From NCBI RefSeq assembly GCF_044360715.1, contig NZ_JBIKJY010000013.1:1254-65253 (forward strand): a stretch of DNA of 64,000 nucleotides. Reading direction: 5' to 3'. The translations under genes were made by a program, and so were the position numbers. Below, one piece after another: positions 44,396 to 54,860 of the stretch. The notes below the pieces were generated by a model. That model searched no databases. It saw only the letters and a program-made list of their open reading frames with translations, and was not told where the DNA came from. Source of the stretch: Flavobacterium sp. (GTDB lineage Bacteria; Bacteroidota; Bacteroidia; Flavobacteriales; Flavobacteriaceae). How positions within the stretch are numbered: position 1 is the first letter of the stretch; the number at the start of each line of letters is the position of its first letter.

Positions 44396-45412
44396 ATGCT
44401 AAGAAAACTTTTACCGATATTTATTGTCTTTGTTTTACCTATTTATGCGCAAGTAGGAGGGCAATCGGTATATCAGTTTTTAAATTTAGTTCAATCGCCA
44501 AGACAAGCGGCATTAGGTGGAAAAACCGTAACTATTGTGGATTACGATGTAAATCAAGCAATTTTTAATCCTGCTACTATTAACCCAAAAATGCACAATC
44601 AATTGGCTACCAGTTATAGTAATTATTTCGGTGAAGTGACCTATGGGACTGCAAATTACGCATATACATGGGACAGACATGTACAAACTTTTCATATTGG
44701 TGCGAATTATGTTAACTATGGAAATTTTGATGGTTATGACGAAGTCGGTAATTCTACAAATAGTTTTACAGGTTCTGAAGGTGCTTTGTCGTTTGGGTAT
44801 TCTTATAATCTGCCATGGACGAATTTTTATGCAGGAACTAATGTGAAATTAATTACGTCAGCTTTAGAATCTTATAATTCATTTGGTGTAGCGACAGATA
44901 TTGGATTTTTATATATTGATGATAAAAATGATATTAATTACGGATTATCTTTTAGAAATATTGGTTATCAAATAACACCCTATGAAACCACGAGAGAGAA
45001 ACTGCCTTTTGAAATTACAGCTGGAATTTCACAGTTAGTAGAAAATGTTCCTATTAGATGGCACCTGACTTTTGAAAATTTGCAACAATGGAACATCGCA
45101 TTTGCAAATCCGAATAGAGCAAAAAGTAGTTTAGATGGTGCTTCGGAAGCCGAAAAAGTATCGTTTTTTAATAATGCGTTGCGACACGTAATTATAGGAG
45201 CGGAGTTGTTTCCAGAAAAAGCGTTTAATATTCGTTTAGGATATAATTTTAGAAGAGGACAAGAATTAAATATTATCGATCAAAGAAATTTTTCTGGAAT
45301 TTCCGCTGGATTTAGTTTACGATTTAATAAGGTACGATTTGATTTTTCACATTCACGCTATACAGTTGCAGCAAATTCGAGTATCTTTGGTTTGATGATT
45401 AATTTAGATTAA
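44396..45412 (+). CDS. porQ: Type IX secretion system protein PorQ
   Basis: 338 aa. It has a signal peptide and GGQSVYQFLNL..SPRQAALGG, and it is conserved next to cmk in flavobacteria. Confidence 0.8.
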   Translation: MLRKLLPIFIVFVLPIYAQVGGQSVYQFLNLVQSPRQAALGGKTVTIVDYDVNQAIFNPATINPKMHNQLATSYSNYFGEVTYGTANYAYTWDRHVQTFHIGANYVNYGNFDGYDEVGNSTNSFTGSEGALSFGYSYNLPWTNFYAGTNVKLITSALESYNSFGVATDIGFLYIDDKNDINYGLSFRNIGYQITPYETTREKLPFEITAGISQLVENVPIRWHLTFENLQQWNIAFANPNRAKSSLDGASEAEKVSFFNNALRHVIIGAELFPEKAFNIRLGYNFRRGQELNIIDQRNFSGISAGFSLRFNKVRFDFSHSRYTVAANSSIFGLMINLD

Positions 45413-45449
45413 TAGGGTAAAAGGTAAAGGGAAAACAAATGTTTAAAAT

Positions 45450-46139
45450 ATGAAAAAAATTACCATAGCAATAGACGGATTTTCGTCGACAGGAAAAAGC
45501 ACATTAGCCAAACAAATTGCTAAACAACTGGGTTATATTTATGTAGATACCGGTGCAATGTATCGTGCGGTAACATATTTTGCTATGCAGCATAATTTTG
45601 TTTCTGAAACACATTTAGATGCTGAAGGATTAATCAAAAATTTATCCAATGTTTCATTACAATTTCATTTTAATGAATCACTAGGTTTTGCTGAAATGTT
45701 TTTAAATAATGAAAACATTGAACAAGCCATTCGTACTATAGAAGTCTCACGGTTAGTTAGTAAAATTGCTGAAATATCTGAAGTTCGAGCTAAATTAGTG
45801 GAACAGCAACAACAAATGGGACAAAATAAAGGTATCGTTATGGACGGTCGAGATATAGGAACCGTTGTTTTTCCGAATGCCGATTTGAAACTATTTATGA
45901 CAGCAAGTACACATACCAAAGCCCAACGTCGTTTCGATGAATTACTTGAAAAAGGGCAACGGGTAACGTTTGAAGAAGTACTTCAAAACGTACAAGAACG
46001 CGATTATATTGACACGCACAGAGAAGATTCACCATTAATAAAAGCTGATGATGCCATTGAAATTGACAATTCAGACTTGACTAAAAACGAACAATTTGAA
46101 TTGGTAATAGAGTTGGTGAATGAGAAGTTAGAAGAGTAA
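45450..46139 (+). CDS. cmk: (d)CMP kinase
   Basis: 229 aa. Motifs IAIDGFSSTGKST and DGRDIGT. Confidence 0.95.
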   Translation: MKKITIAIDGFSSTGKSTLAKQIAKQLGYIYVDTGAMYRAVTYFAMQHNFVSETHLDAEGLIKNLSNVSLQFHFNESLGFAEMFLNNENIEQAIRTIEVSRLVSKIAEISEVRAKLVEQQQQMGQNKGIVMDGRDIGTVVFPNADLKLFMTASTHTKAQRRFDELLEKGQRVTFEEVLQNVQERDYIDTHREDSPLIKADDAIEIDNSDLTKNEQFELVIELVNEKLEE

Positions 46140-46177
46140 TGTTATAAAATAATAAATAATTTTAAAATTAAATAAAG

Positions 46178-46720
46178 ATGAAAAAAGTCATTAAGAATTG
46201 GTTTGTTGTTTTGTTTTTAGTCCAAATGAGTTACGCTCAAAGTGTTCAATTTGGTATAAAAGCTGGTGCGAATTATGCAAATGTTACGGGTTCAAAAATA
46301 AATACAAATGCTATTGTAAATTATCATGCGGGCATTGTAGCGAAAATAGGGCTAACAAAAGGTTTGTCGTTTCAACCGGAATTGCTTTATACTACTCAAG
46401 GAGCTTCGTACGAGACAGCACTTGCTGATTATAAAAATGAGTTGGGATATATCGTTATACCTGCAATGCTACAAATTCACCTTTCTAAAAGCATAACACT
46501 AGATATGGGTCCACAAGTGGGTTTCTTATTGAATGAAAAAAATAATTTTGATGTACAAAAATCCAACACATTTGATGCTTCAGCAAATGCAGGTTTAGGA
46601 TTGAAAATTACGAATTCAATTTTTGCTCAAGCTAGATATTGTGTAGGCTTAACAAAATTACAACCCAATTCAGACATTAAAAACAATGTAGTGCAACTTT
46701 CTTTAGGAATATTGTTTTAA
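46178..46720 (+). CDS. Outer-membrane beta-barrel (porin family) protein
   Basis: 180 aa. It has a signal peptide, alternating beta-strand patterns and a terminal aromatic residue (F). Confidence 0.7.
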   Translation: MKKVIKNWFVVLFLVQMSYAQSVQFGIKAGANYANVTGSKINTNAIVNYHAGIVAKIGLTKGLSFQPELLYTTQGASYETALADYKNELGYIVIPAMLQIHLSKSITLDMGPQVGFLLNEKNNFDVQKSNTFDASANAGLGLKITNSIFAQARYCVGLTKLQPNSDIKNNVVQLSLGILF

Positions 46721-46746
46721 TTGTTGTCACTTTTTCCTGTAAATTA

Positions 46747-46776
46747 TTTGTATTTATCAAAAAAATAGTATCTTTG
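46747..46776 (+). promoter_or_regulatory. rpsA promoter: -33 TTTG (46747-50) and -7 TATCTTTG (46769-76)
   Basis: Both boxes match the Bacteroidetes consensus with an 18-nt spacer. This implies a ~115-nt leader before the ATG at 46896. Confidence 0.55.
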
Positions 46777-46895
46777 CACACCTTTTGGCGGAGTAGAGTT
46801 TTCAATTGGTAATCAAATATTTATGTAAATCACTGTTGTTGTTTTAACCTGCATAATAAAACTCAAAACAAACACAACATACAAATTAAACACGC

Positions 46896-48683
46896 ATGTC
46901 TGAATTAATCAAAGACCAAGAGTCGTTTTTAGCAGATTTCAACTGGCATAATTATGCTGAAGGAATTGACCCTATTGACGCAAGTAACCTTCAAGAATTT
47001 GAAGATTTAGTATCCAAAACATTCATCTCAACTTCTGATGAAGAAGTAGTAGAAGGAGTAGTTGTAAGAATCACTGACAGAGATGTTATTGTTGATATCA
47101 ACGCTAAATCTGAAGGAGTTATCTCTTTAAACGAATTCCGTTACAATCCATCTTTAAAAGTAGGTGACAAAGTAGAAGTATTAATTGATATCCGTGAGGA
47201 TAAAACAGGTCAATTAGTATTATCTCACAAAAAAGCAAGAACAATCAAAGCATGGGATAGAGTTATTTATGCTAACGAAACTGGAGAAATTGTTAACGGT
47301 TTTGTTAAATGTAGAACTAAAGGTGGAATGATTGTTGATGTATTTGGTATTGAAGCTTTCTTACCAGGTTCTCAAATTGATGTGAAACCAATCCGTGATT
47401 ACGATCAATACGTAAACAAAACTATGGAATTTAAAGTTGTGAAAATTAATCACGAATTTAAAAACGTAGTAGTTTCTCATAAAGCGCTTATCGAAGCAGA
47501 TATCGAAGTTCAGAAAAAAGAAATCATCGGTCAATTAGAAAAAGGACAAGTATTAGAAGGTGTGGTTAAAAACATTACTTCTTATGGTGTGTTTATTGAC
47601 TTAGGTGGTGTAGACGGATTAATCCATATTACAGACTTATCTTGGTCTCGTATCAATCATCCAAGCGAAGTATTAGAATTAGATCAAAAATTAAATGTTG
47701 TAATTTTAGATTTTGATGACGAGAAAACAAGAATTCAATTAGGTTTAAAACAATTAAACGCTCATCCATGGGATGCTTTATCAGCTGAATTAAATGTTGG
47801 TGATAAAGTAAAAGGTAAAGTAGTTGTTTTAGCTGATTACGGTGCTTTCATTGAAGTAGCTGAAGGAGTTGAAGGATTAATTCACGTTTCTGAAATGTCT
47901 TGGTCTACACATTTACGTTCTGCTCAAGATTTCGTTAAAGTTGGTGATACTGTAGATGCAGTTATCTTAACTTTAGATAGAGATGATAGAAAAATGTCAT
48001 TAGGTATTAAACAAATGACACAAGATCCATGGACTGGAATTACTGAGAAATATCCAGTAGGTTCTAAACATACAGGAATTGTAAGAAACTTTACTAACTT
48101 CGGAATTTTCGTAGAATTAGAAGAAGGAATTGATGGTTTAGTATATATTTCTGATTTATCTTGGACTAAAAAAATCAAACATCCATCAGAATTTGTTAAC
48201 GTTGGTGACAAATTAGATGTTGTAGTTTTAGAATTAGATGTTGAAGCTCGTAAATTATCTTTAGGTCACAAACAAACTTTAGATAATCCTTGGGACAAAC
48301 ATGAAGCTACTTACGCAGTAGGTACAGTTCACACTGGTACTGTTTCTGAAATTGTTGACAAAGGTGCTACTGTAGAATTTTCTGAAGACGTTCAAGGATT
48401 TGTTCCAACACGTCATTTAGAAAAAGAAGATGGTAAAAAATTGAAAAAAGGTGATTCAATTGAATTTAAAGTTATCGAATTTAACAAAGAATTCAAAAGA
48501 ATTGTTGCTTCACATACTGCTACTTTCAGAGAAGAAGAAGAGAAAAACTTCAAAGCTGCTTCAAACGAATCAAGCAATAACAATGTAGCTTCATCTTCAA
48601 ACAATGCTGAAAAATCTACTTTAGGTGATATTGATGCATTAATGGAATTAAAAGCAAAAATGGAAAAATCAGAGAAAAAATAA
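46896..48683 (+). CDS. rpsA: 30S ribosomal protein S1
   Basis: 595 aa with six S1 repeats (G.V....G.F.....EG..H.S). Confidence 0.97.
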   Translation: MSELIKDQESFLADFNWHNYAEGIDPIDASNLQEFEDLVSKTFISTSDEEVVEGVVVRITDRDVIVDINAKSEGVISLNEFRYNPSLKVGDKVEVLIDIREDKTGQLVLSHKKARTIKAWDRVIYANETGEIVNGFVKCRTKGGMIVDVFGIEAFLPGSQIDVKPIRDYDQYVNKTMEFKVVKINHEFKNVVVSHKALIEADIEVQKKEIIGQLEKGQVLEGVVKNITSYGVFIDLGGVDGLIHITDLSWSRINHPSEVLELDQKLNVVILDFDDEKTRIQLGLKQLNAHPWDALSAELNVGDKVKGKVVVLADYGAFIEVAEGVEGLIHVSEMSWSTHLRSAQDFVKVGDTVDAVILTLDRDDRKMSLGIKQMTQDPWTGITEKYPVGSKHTGIVRNFTNFGIFVELEEGIDGLVYISDLSWTKKIKHPSEFVNVGDKLDVVVLELDVEARKLSLGHKQTLDNPWDKHEATYAVGTVHTGTVSEIVDKGATVEFSEDVQGFVPTRHLEKEDGKKLKKGDSIEFKVIEFNKEFKRIVASHTATFREEEEKNFKAASNESSNNNVASSSNNAEKSTLGDIDALMELKAKMEKSEKK

Positions 48684-48706
48684 TTTTCTAATTTTTTAAA
48701 TACTTA

Positions 48707-48740
48707 ATCCCAATCAGAAATGATTGGGATTTTTTTTTTT
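48707..48740 (+). terminator. Rho-independent terminator after rpsA
   Basis: 10-bp stem atcccaatca/tgattgggat followed by T10. Confidence 0.9.
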
Positions 48741-48767
48741 AATTTAGCCAATTCATAGCTTATAAAT

Positions 48768-49397
48768 ATGTTTAAAGATACCGAGTTTAAAATAGCGCTT
48801 CAAGAATTACCTGAAAAGGAGAAAGACAAACTTATTTTAAGATTGTTGCGAAGAGACATGGATTTAGCAGAAAAATTATTTTTTGAATTAGTAGACACCG
48901 ATTCTATTGAAGACAAACGAAAAATAATGGAAATAAATATTTCTAAACAAATTCATCGTTTTTCTGAGAATTTTCATTCATTAGATTATATCGCAATTGA
49001 AATGCGTAACATCAGCGGAAAAATTTCGCATCACGTGAAAATTACAAAAGATAAGTTTGGAGAAATTAGCTTGAATTTACAAATGCTAAATGAAGTTATA
49101 GAGCAAAATGATTTTTCTTTGACGCATTCAAAGCCACAAAAATCAACTAAATTTTATAATTATGTAATTGTTCGAACTTTTAAAATTCTACTTTTAATTC
49201 AGGCACTTCACGAAGATTTTCTATTAGACTTCAAAGAAGATTTGAATAGGCTAGGAGTCAATATTTCTAAGCACAAGATGCTTTTAAAAACGGCAAACTA
49301 TAACAGTTTAGATATCAACTGGATTTTAGAGGCTGAAATACCAGAAAATATTCTTCAAATTCATAAAGAAATTAAAGCGGCAGGTTTTTTAAAGTAA
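48768..49397 (+). CDS. Hypothetical protein
   Basis: 209-aa ORF with a helical, charged composition. I recognise no motif. Confidence 0.55.
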   Translation: MFKDTEFKIALQELPEKEKDKLILRLLRRDMDLAEKLFFELVDTDSIEDKRKIMEINISKQIHRFSENFHSLDYIAIEMRNISGKISHHVKITKDKFGEISLNLQMLNEVIEQNDFSLTHSKPQKSTKFYNYVIVRTFKILLLIQALHEDFLLDFKEDLNRLGVNISKHKMLLKTANYNSLDINWILEAEIPENILQIHKEIKAAGFLK

Positions 49398-49437
49398 ATA
49401 ATTACGCAAAGATTCGCAGAGAAATTACAGAGCTACA

Positions 49438-49473
49438 CAAAAAAAATCCTTTTAAGTTTTAAATTAAAAGGAT
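49438..49473 (-). terminator. Terminator downstream of pheT
   Basis: 10-bp stem atccttttaa/ttaaaaggat. The A-run on plus reads as a U-run after the hairpin on minus. Confidence 0.7.
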
Positions 49474-49496
49474 TTATATATTCTATTATAATTATT

Positions 49497-51926
49497 TTAT
49501 CTTAAAACCGCTTCAAATTTTGTTTCGAAATTGCTTTGTAATTTATTCATAATTTTATCAATCTGAACATCTGTTAGTGTGTTTGAAGTATCTTGTAAAA
49601 CAAAACTTAAGGCATACGATTTTTTTCCTTCTGGTAGGTTTTTCCCTTCGTAAACATCAAATAAGTTGATATTTTTTAATAACGATTTTTCTGTTTGTTT
49701 AGCAGCATGATATAGTTGTTCAAAAGTTACCGATTGATTTACCAATAAAGCCAAATCTCGTCTAACTTCAGGAAACTTAGGAATATCAACTAATTTTATT
49801 TTATTTGAAACGTATTTTTGAATCGCATCCCAATTTACATCTCCAAAAAACACATCTTGTTTGATGTCGAAATGTTTTAAAACTGATTTTTTAATGGTTC
49901 CAAATTCGGCAATCACTTCATTTCCAATGGCAAATCCCATTCCTTCAGCAAAAATATCGTGAGTAACAGGAACCGTTTTAACTTTCGTTTCGATATTTAA
50001 TTTTGACAAAATAGCAGTGATATATCCTTTAAATAAAAAGAAATCGCTTGGCTTTTGAGCAACATTCCAATTTTCAGAAGTTGCATTTCCCGACATTGTA
50101 ATGGTTAAATGCTTTTTTTCTGAATATTTTCCTTCTATATTATGGTACGTTTTTCCGAATTCAAATAATTTTAAATCTGAATTTCTTCTATTTCCATTGT
50201 AAGATACAGATTCTAATGCAGAAAATAACATCGATTGACGCATTACAGATAAGTCGCTACTTAATGGATTTAACATTGTAACGGTTTCCTCTGAAAGAAT
50301 TTGTTCAGAATAAGCAATATAATTTGAAGTGGTTAACGAATTGGCCATCATTTCATTAAATCCTAATGAACACAATTGATTAGCAATTATATTTTGCACT
50401 TTAAATTCCTCTGTTCTTGATGAATTTGAAACCGATGCGTTAATTTTATTGGGAATTTTAATGTTGTTGTAACCAAAAACTCTAAGAATTTCTTCAATAA
50501 CATCAACTTCTCTTTGCACATCTACTCTGTACGGAGGAATATTTAATCCTAAACCAGCATCTGAAATACTATTGATTTTGATATCTAATGAAGCTAAAAT
50601 ATTTTTAATGGTTTCTTTTTTAAGTTCTTCTCCAATTAATTTATTTACTTTTTCAAAAGATAGAAAAACATTAAAATCTTCTATCTTTTTAGGATAAATG
50701 TCAATTAAATCTGAAGTGATTTCGCCACCTGCAACTTCTTGGATTAACAAAGCAGCACGTTTTAACGCATAGTCTGTTATTTGTGGATCAATTCCTCTCT
50801 CAAATCGGAATGAAGCATCTGTTGATAAAGTATGACGCTTTGCGGTTTTTCTAATAGAAACTGGATTAAAATAAGCACTTTCTAAGAAAATATTAGTAGT
50901 AGTTTCCGTTACTCCAGAATTTGCACCACCAAATACTCCTGCCATACAAATAGGTCCAGATTCATCGCAAATCATTAAATCTTCCTCGTGTAAAGCACGT
51001 TCTATACCATCTAAAGTTGTGAATTTTGTGCCAGCCGAAACTGTTTTTACAATTATTTTATTTCCACTTATTTTATTCGCATCAAAAGCATGCAAAGGTT
51101 GCCCTAATTCGTGTAATACGTAATTTGTTACGTCAACAATGTTATTTTTTGGAGTAAGTCCAATTGCTTTTAATCGGTTTTGTAACCAACTTGGCGATGG
51201 TTTTACAGTAATTCCAGAAATAGTTACACCAGCATATCGAGGTGCTAATTTAGCATCTTCAACTTTTACATCTATTTTTAAGGTTCTTTTATCGACTTTA
51301 AATTTACTTACAGAAGGCGTGATGAATTCAGTAGTTACGTTTGATTGTAACAATCCTGCTTTTAAATCACGGGCAACTCCCATATGACTCATGGCATCCG
51401 CACGATTTGGAGTTAAACCAATTTCAAAAACTTCATCAACTTCTATGTTAAAAACTTTACTTGCAGGCGTTCCTGGTTGTAAATCGTCGGACAAAACCAT
51501 AATTCCATCATGACTAGTTCCTAAACCAATTTCGTCTTCGGCACAAATCATTCCGTGGCTTTCTTGCCCTCTAATTTTTCCTTTCTTTATTTCAAAAGCA
51601 TTTCCGTCTTTGTCATATAATTTTGTTCCAATTGTAGCTACAGGAACTTTTTGTCCAGCGGCAACATTGTTGGCTCCACAAACTATTTGTACAGGTTCGT
51701 TTCCATCACCTAAATCTACTGTTGTAATTTTTAATTTATCAGCATCAGGATGTTTTTCACATGTTAAAACATGCCCTACAACAATACCTTTTAGTCCACC
51801 AGTAACACTTTCAAAAGCTTCAACAACTTCAACTTCCAAACCTAAATCGGTAAGTAAAGCAGCTGTTTCATCTGATTTCCAGTCTATTTTAATAAATTGT
51901 TTTAGCCAATTATAAGAAATACGCAT
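49497..51926 (-). CDS. pheT: Phenylalanine--tRNA ligase beta subunit
   Basis: 809 aa. It starts MRISYNWLK and has the tRNA-binding, B3/4, B5 and FDX-ACB domain order. Confidence 0.95.
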   Translation of the reverse strand: MRISYNWLKQFIKIDWKSDETAALLTDLGLEVEVVEAFESVTGGLKGIVVGHVLTCEKHPDADKLKITTVDLGDGNEPVQIVCGANNVAAGQKVPVATIGTKLYDKDGNAFEIKKGKIRGQESHGMICAEDEIGLGTSHDGIMVLSDDLQPGTPASKVFNIEVDEVFEIGLTPNRADAMSHMGVARDLKAGLLQSNVTTEFITPSVSKFKVDKRTLKIDVKVEDAKLAPRYAGVTISGITVKPSPSWLQNRLKAIGLTPKNNIVDVTNYVLHELGQPLHAFDANKISGNKIIVKTVSAGTKFTTLDGIERALHEEDLMICDESGPICMAGVFGGANSGVTETTTNIFLESAYFNPVSIRKTAKRHTLSTDASFRFERGIDPQITDYALKRAALLIQEVAGGEITSDLIDIYPKKIEDFNVFLSFEKVNKLIGEELKKETIKNILASLDIKINSISDAGLGLNIPPYRVDVQREVDVIEEILRVFGYNNIKIPNKINASVSNSSRTEEFKVQNIIANQLCSLGFNEMMANSLTTSNYIAYSEQILSEETVTMLNPLSSDLSVMRQSMLFSALESVSYNGNRRNSDLKLFEFGKTYHNIEGKYSEKKHLTITMSGNATSENWNVAQKPSDFFLFKGYITAILSKLNIETKVKTVPVTHDIFAEGMGFAIGNEVIAEFGTIKKSVLKHFDIKQDVFFGDVNWDAIQKYVSNKIKLVDIPKFPEVRRDLALLVNQSVTFEQLYHAAKQTEKSLLKNINLFDVYEGKNLPEGKKSYALSFVLQDTSNTLTDVQIDKIMNKLQSNFETKFEAVLR

Positions 51927-52056
51927 GTTTCGAAATTTTAATAAGATTGCAAAGATAAGTATTTGATTAGAATTTAAAAGTAATTTTTGTACTTCATACC
52001 GAATTTATTAGTAAAATATTTTTCTATAAAATTCAATTTGAAACATATTGTTTTTG

Positions 52057-52064
52057 TAATTTTG
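52057..52064 (+). promoter_or_regulatory. -7 promoter box TAATTTTG upstream of kup
   Basis: Exact TAnnTTTG match 23 nt before the ATG at 52088. Confidence 0.4.
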
Positions 52065-52087
52065 TATTTCGTTTTATAAAATTGAAA

Positions 52088-54046
52088 ATGGAAAAAGGTC
52101 ATCATGGCTTGCACAAACTTTCTGCAGCCGGTTTACTAGTTACGCTAGGTATTATTTATGGAGATATTGGAACTTCTCCTTTGTATGTTCTTAATGCAAT
52201 TATTGGAAAAAATCCTATAGATTCAGATATCATAAAAGGAGCCATTTCATGTATTTTTTGGACATTAACACTTCAAACCACAATTAAATACGTTATTCTT
52301 ACGCTTCGAGCTGATAATAATGGTGAAGGCGGAATCTTTTCTTTATATGCTTTAATTAGAAAAGCTAAAATTAAATGGTTATTGTTTCCAGCCATAATTG
52401 GTGGATGTACGTTATTAGCCGATGGTATAATTACACCACCTATTTCTGTTTCATCAGCTATAGAAGGTGTAAAAACAATGTACCCAAGTTTTGAAGAAAA
52501 ATATATAATGTACATTGTAATAATAATTCTAACGTTATTATTTGCTATTCAACAGTTTGGTACTAAATTTATTGGAAAGTTTTTTGGACCTGTAATGTTT
52601 GTTTGGTTTGCTATGTTAGGTGGTTTAGGTTTAATTCAAACCATTAATAACGTTGATATTCTTTCTGCTTTAAATCCGTATTACGCCTATAAATTACTTT
52701 CAATTCATGGAGGTTATTTATATTTAGGCGCTGTATTTTTATGTACAACAGGAGCAGAGGCCTTATATTCTGATTTAGGACATTGTGGAAAAGATAATAT
52801 TAGAATTAGCTGGATTTTTGTAAAAGCAACTTTAATTTTAAATTATTTAGGTCAAGGTGCTTGGTTAATTCAACATGATGGTCAAACTTTAGCACAAGCT
52901 GGAATTACAAACCCTTTTTACGGAGTGATGCCAGAGTGGTTTTTACCTTTTGGAATTGCCATTGCAACTTTAGCCGCAATTGTAGCGTCACAAGCATTAA
53001 TTAGTGGTTCGTTCACTTTAATTAATGAAGCCATTCGTTTGAATTTTTGGCCAAAAGTTAAAATTAAATATCCAACAGAATTACGAGGACAATTATATAT
53101 TCCTTCTTTAAATTGGTTACTTTGGGCAGGTTGTATTTTTATTGTGCTTTATTTTGAAAAAGCAGCTGCAATGGAAGCTGCATATGGTTTAGCAATTGTT
53201 TTAACGATGTTAATGACAACTACATTGCTGAATTTTTATATGATAATTAAAAGATATAATAGAACCTTTATTTGGGTAATTGTAATTACATATTTGATTA
53301 TAGAATTGGCCTTTTTATATGCTTGTATGCATAAATTTGGCGAAGGTGGATACATTACTTTAATTATTGCATTTGTATTATTTACCGTAATGACATGTTG
53401 GTATTTTGCAAGAAAAATTAGAAACAGATTTGTTGAATTTGTGAAATTGGATAAATACCTACCGGTTTTAGAAGATTTAAGTAGAGATGAATCTATTGCA
53501 AAATATGCTACAAATTTAGTATATTTAACAAGTGCCGATAACCGATACGAAATTGAATCAAAAATTATATACTCTATTATTAATAATAGTCCAAAGCGTG
53601 CTGATATTTATTGGTTTGCTCACGTTCATGTTGTAGATGAACCGTATACAATGGAATACAGAGTTTGTGAATTTATTCATGACGATGTTATTCGTGTTGA
53701 TTTTAGATTAGGATTTAGAGTCGCACCAAAATTCAATAAAATGTTTGCTCAAGTTGTAAAAGACATGCAAAAAAGGGGAGAAGTAGATTTAACAAGTAGA
53801 TATACTTCTTTACATAAACATAAAATTATTAGCGATTTTAGATTTGTATTAATAGAAAAATTCATGTCCTATGACAATGCTTTACCGTTTTATGAAAAAC
53901 TAATTTTAGATGGTTATAATTTGTTAAAAAAGATGGGCTTATCTGAAGAAAAAGCATTTGGATTAGATCCTGGATCTGTTACTATTGAAAAGTTTCCATT
54001 AAAAATTTCAGAAACGAAAGCATTGAAATTAACAAGAATAGATTAG
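52088..54046 (+). CDS. kup: KUP/HAK/KT family potassium transporter
   Basis: Motif GIIYGDIGTSPLYV. The ATG at 52088 is preferred to the TTG at 52082. Confidence 0.93.
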   Translation: MEKGHHGLHKLSAAGLLVTLGIIYGDIGTSPLYVLNAIIGKNPIDSDIIKGAISCIFWTLTLQTTIKYVILTLRADNNGEGGIFSLYALIRKAKIKWLLFPAIIGGCTLLADGIITPPISVSSAIEGVKTMYPSFEEKYIMYIVIIILTLLFAIQQFGTKFIGKFFGPVMFVWFAMLGGLGLIQTINNVDILSALNPYYAYKLLSIHGGYLYLGAVFLCTTGAEALYSDLGHCGKDNIRISWIFVKATLILNYLGQGAWLIQHDGQTLAQAGITNPFYGVMPEWFLPFGIAIATLAAIVASQALISGSFTLINEAIRLNFWPKVKIKYPTELRGQLYIPSLNWLLWAGCIFIVLYFEKAAAMEAAYGLAIVLTMLMTTTLLNFYMIIKRYNRTFIWVIVITYLIIELAFLYACMHKFGEGGYITLIIAFVLFTVMTCWYFARKIRNRFVEFVKLDKYLPVLEDLSRDESIAKYATNLVYLTSADNRYEIESKIIYSIINNSPKRADIYWFAHVHVVDEPYTMEYRVCEFIHDDVIRVDFRLGFRVAPKFNKMFAQVVKDMQKRGEVDLTSRYTSLHKHKIISDFRFVLIEKFMSYDNALPFYEKLILDGYNLLKKMGLSEEKAFGLDPGSVTIEKFPLKISETKALKLTRID

Positions 54047-54047
54047 T

Positions 54048-54083
54048 AAAAAAAAGCCAGAATTTAGTTCTGGCGTTTTTTTT
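54048..54083. terminator. Bidirectional terminator
   Basis: A8, then gccagaa...ttctggc hairpin, then T8. Confidence 0.8.
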
Positions 54084-54087
54084 ATTT

Positions 54088-54849
54088 TTAAATCACTTTC
54101 TTAATCACTCGTAGTTTATGAGTGTGCCTTCCAGTATCTACATTGTAAATCCCTAAATGGTCAATTCTATCAATTCTAACTTTTCCTGAAGCGTGAATGA
54201 TGTAATTGTTTTCCATCATAATTCCAACATGAATTATATTTCCTTCATCGTTATCAAAAAAAGCTAAATCTCCAGGTTCACTTTCTTCAATAAAACTTAA
54301 TGCTTCTCCTTGAATTGCTTGTTGTGAAGCATCTCTTGATAATTTATATCCATTTAATTTATACACCATTTGGGTAAAACCTGAACAATCAATTCCAAAA
54401 GGCGTTTTTCCACCCCATAAATAAGGTGCGTTTAAATATAAGTATGCCGTTTTTAAAATATTATCTTTAGATTTTATGCCACATTCTTTTTGACCTTCAA
54501 ATTGAAAATTCGATGTATTAATTTCATTTACATCTAAAAAATGTAGAGAACTACCGAGTGGAATAGGCATTAGTTGATTCGAATCATAAGAAATAAAATC
54601 AATTAATTCCCCATTTAATACAGTTTCCGATTTTTCTAAAATAAGGTATTGGTTTTCGGTAATTTTTTGAAATTGTTTTGTATCAATCCAACCTTCATAA
54701 GTGTCGAATGTAGTTTGTATTTTCGTCCACTTAGATGTAGATTCCGTAATCTTGAATGTATCGCCAAATAGCAATTGTGAAACCATTTCGCTTTTATCAC
54801 TGGCTTCACTACGTATGGGTACAATTCCTAAATTACAAATTCCAAACAT
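54088..54849 (-). CDS. C40 family peptidase (NlpC/P60) with an N-terminal SH3-like domain
   Basis: 253 aa with the catalytic Cys motif GIDCSGFTQMVY and a downstream His. Confidence 0.85.
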   Translation of the reverse strand: MFGICNLGIVPIRSEASDKSEMVSQLLFGDTFKITESTSKWTKIQTTFDTYEGWIDTKQFQKITENQYLILEKSETVLNGELIDFISYDSNQLMPIPLGSSLHFLDVNEINTSNFQFEGQKECGIKSKDNILKTAYLYLNAPYLWGGKTPFGIDCSGFTQMVYKLNGYKLSRDASQQAIQGEALSFIEESEPGDLAFFDNDEGNIIHVGIMMENNYIIHASGKVRIDRIDHLGIYNVDTGRHTHKLRVIKKVI

Positions 54850-54860
54850 GCCGTTATAAT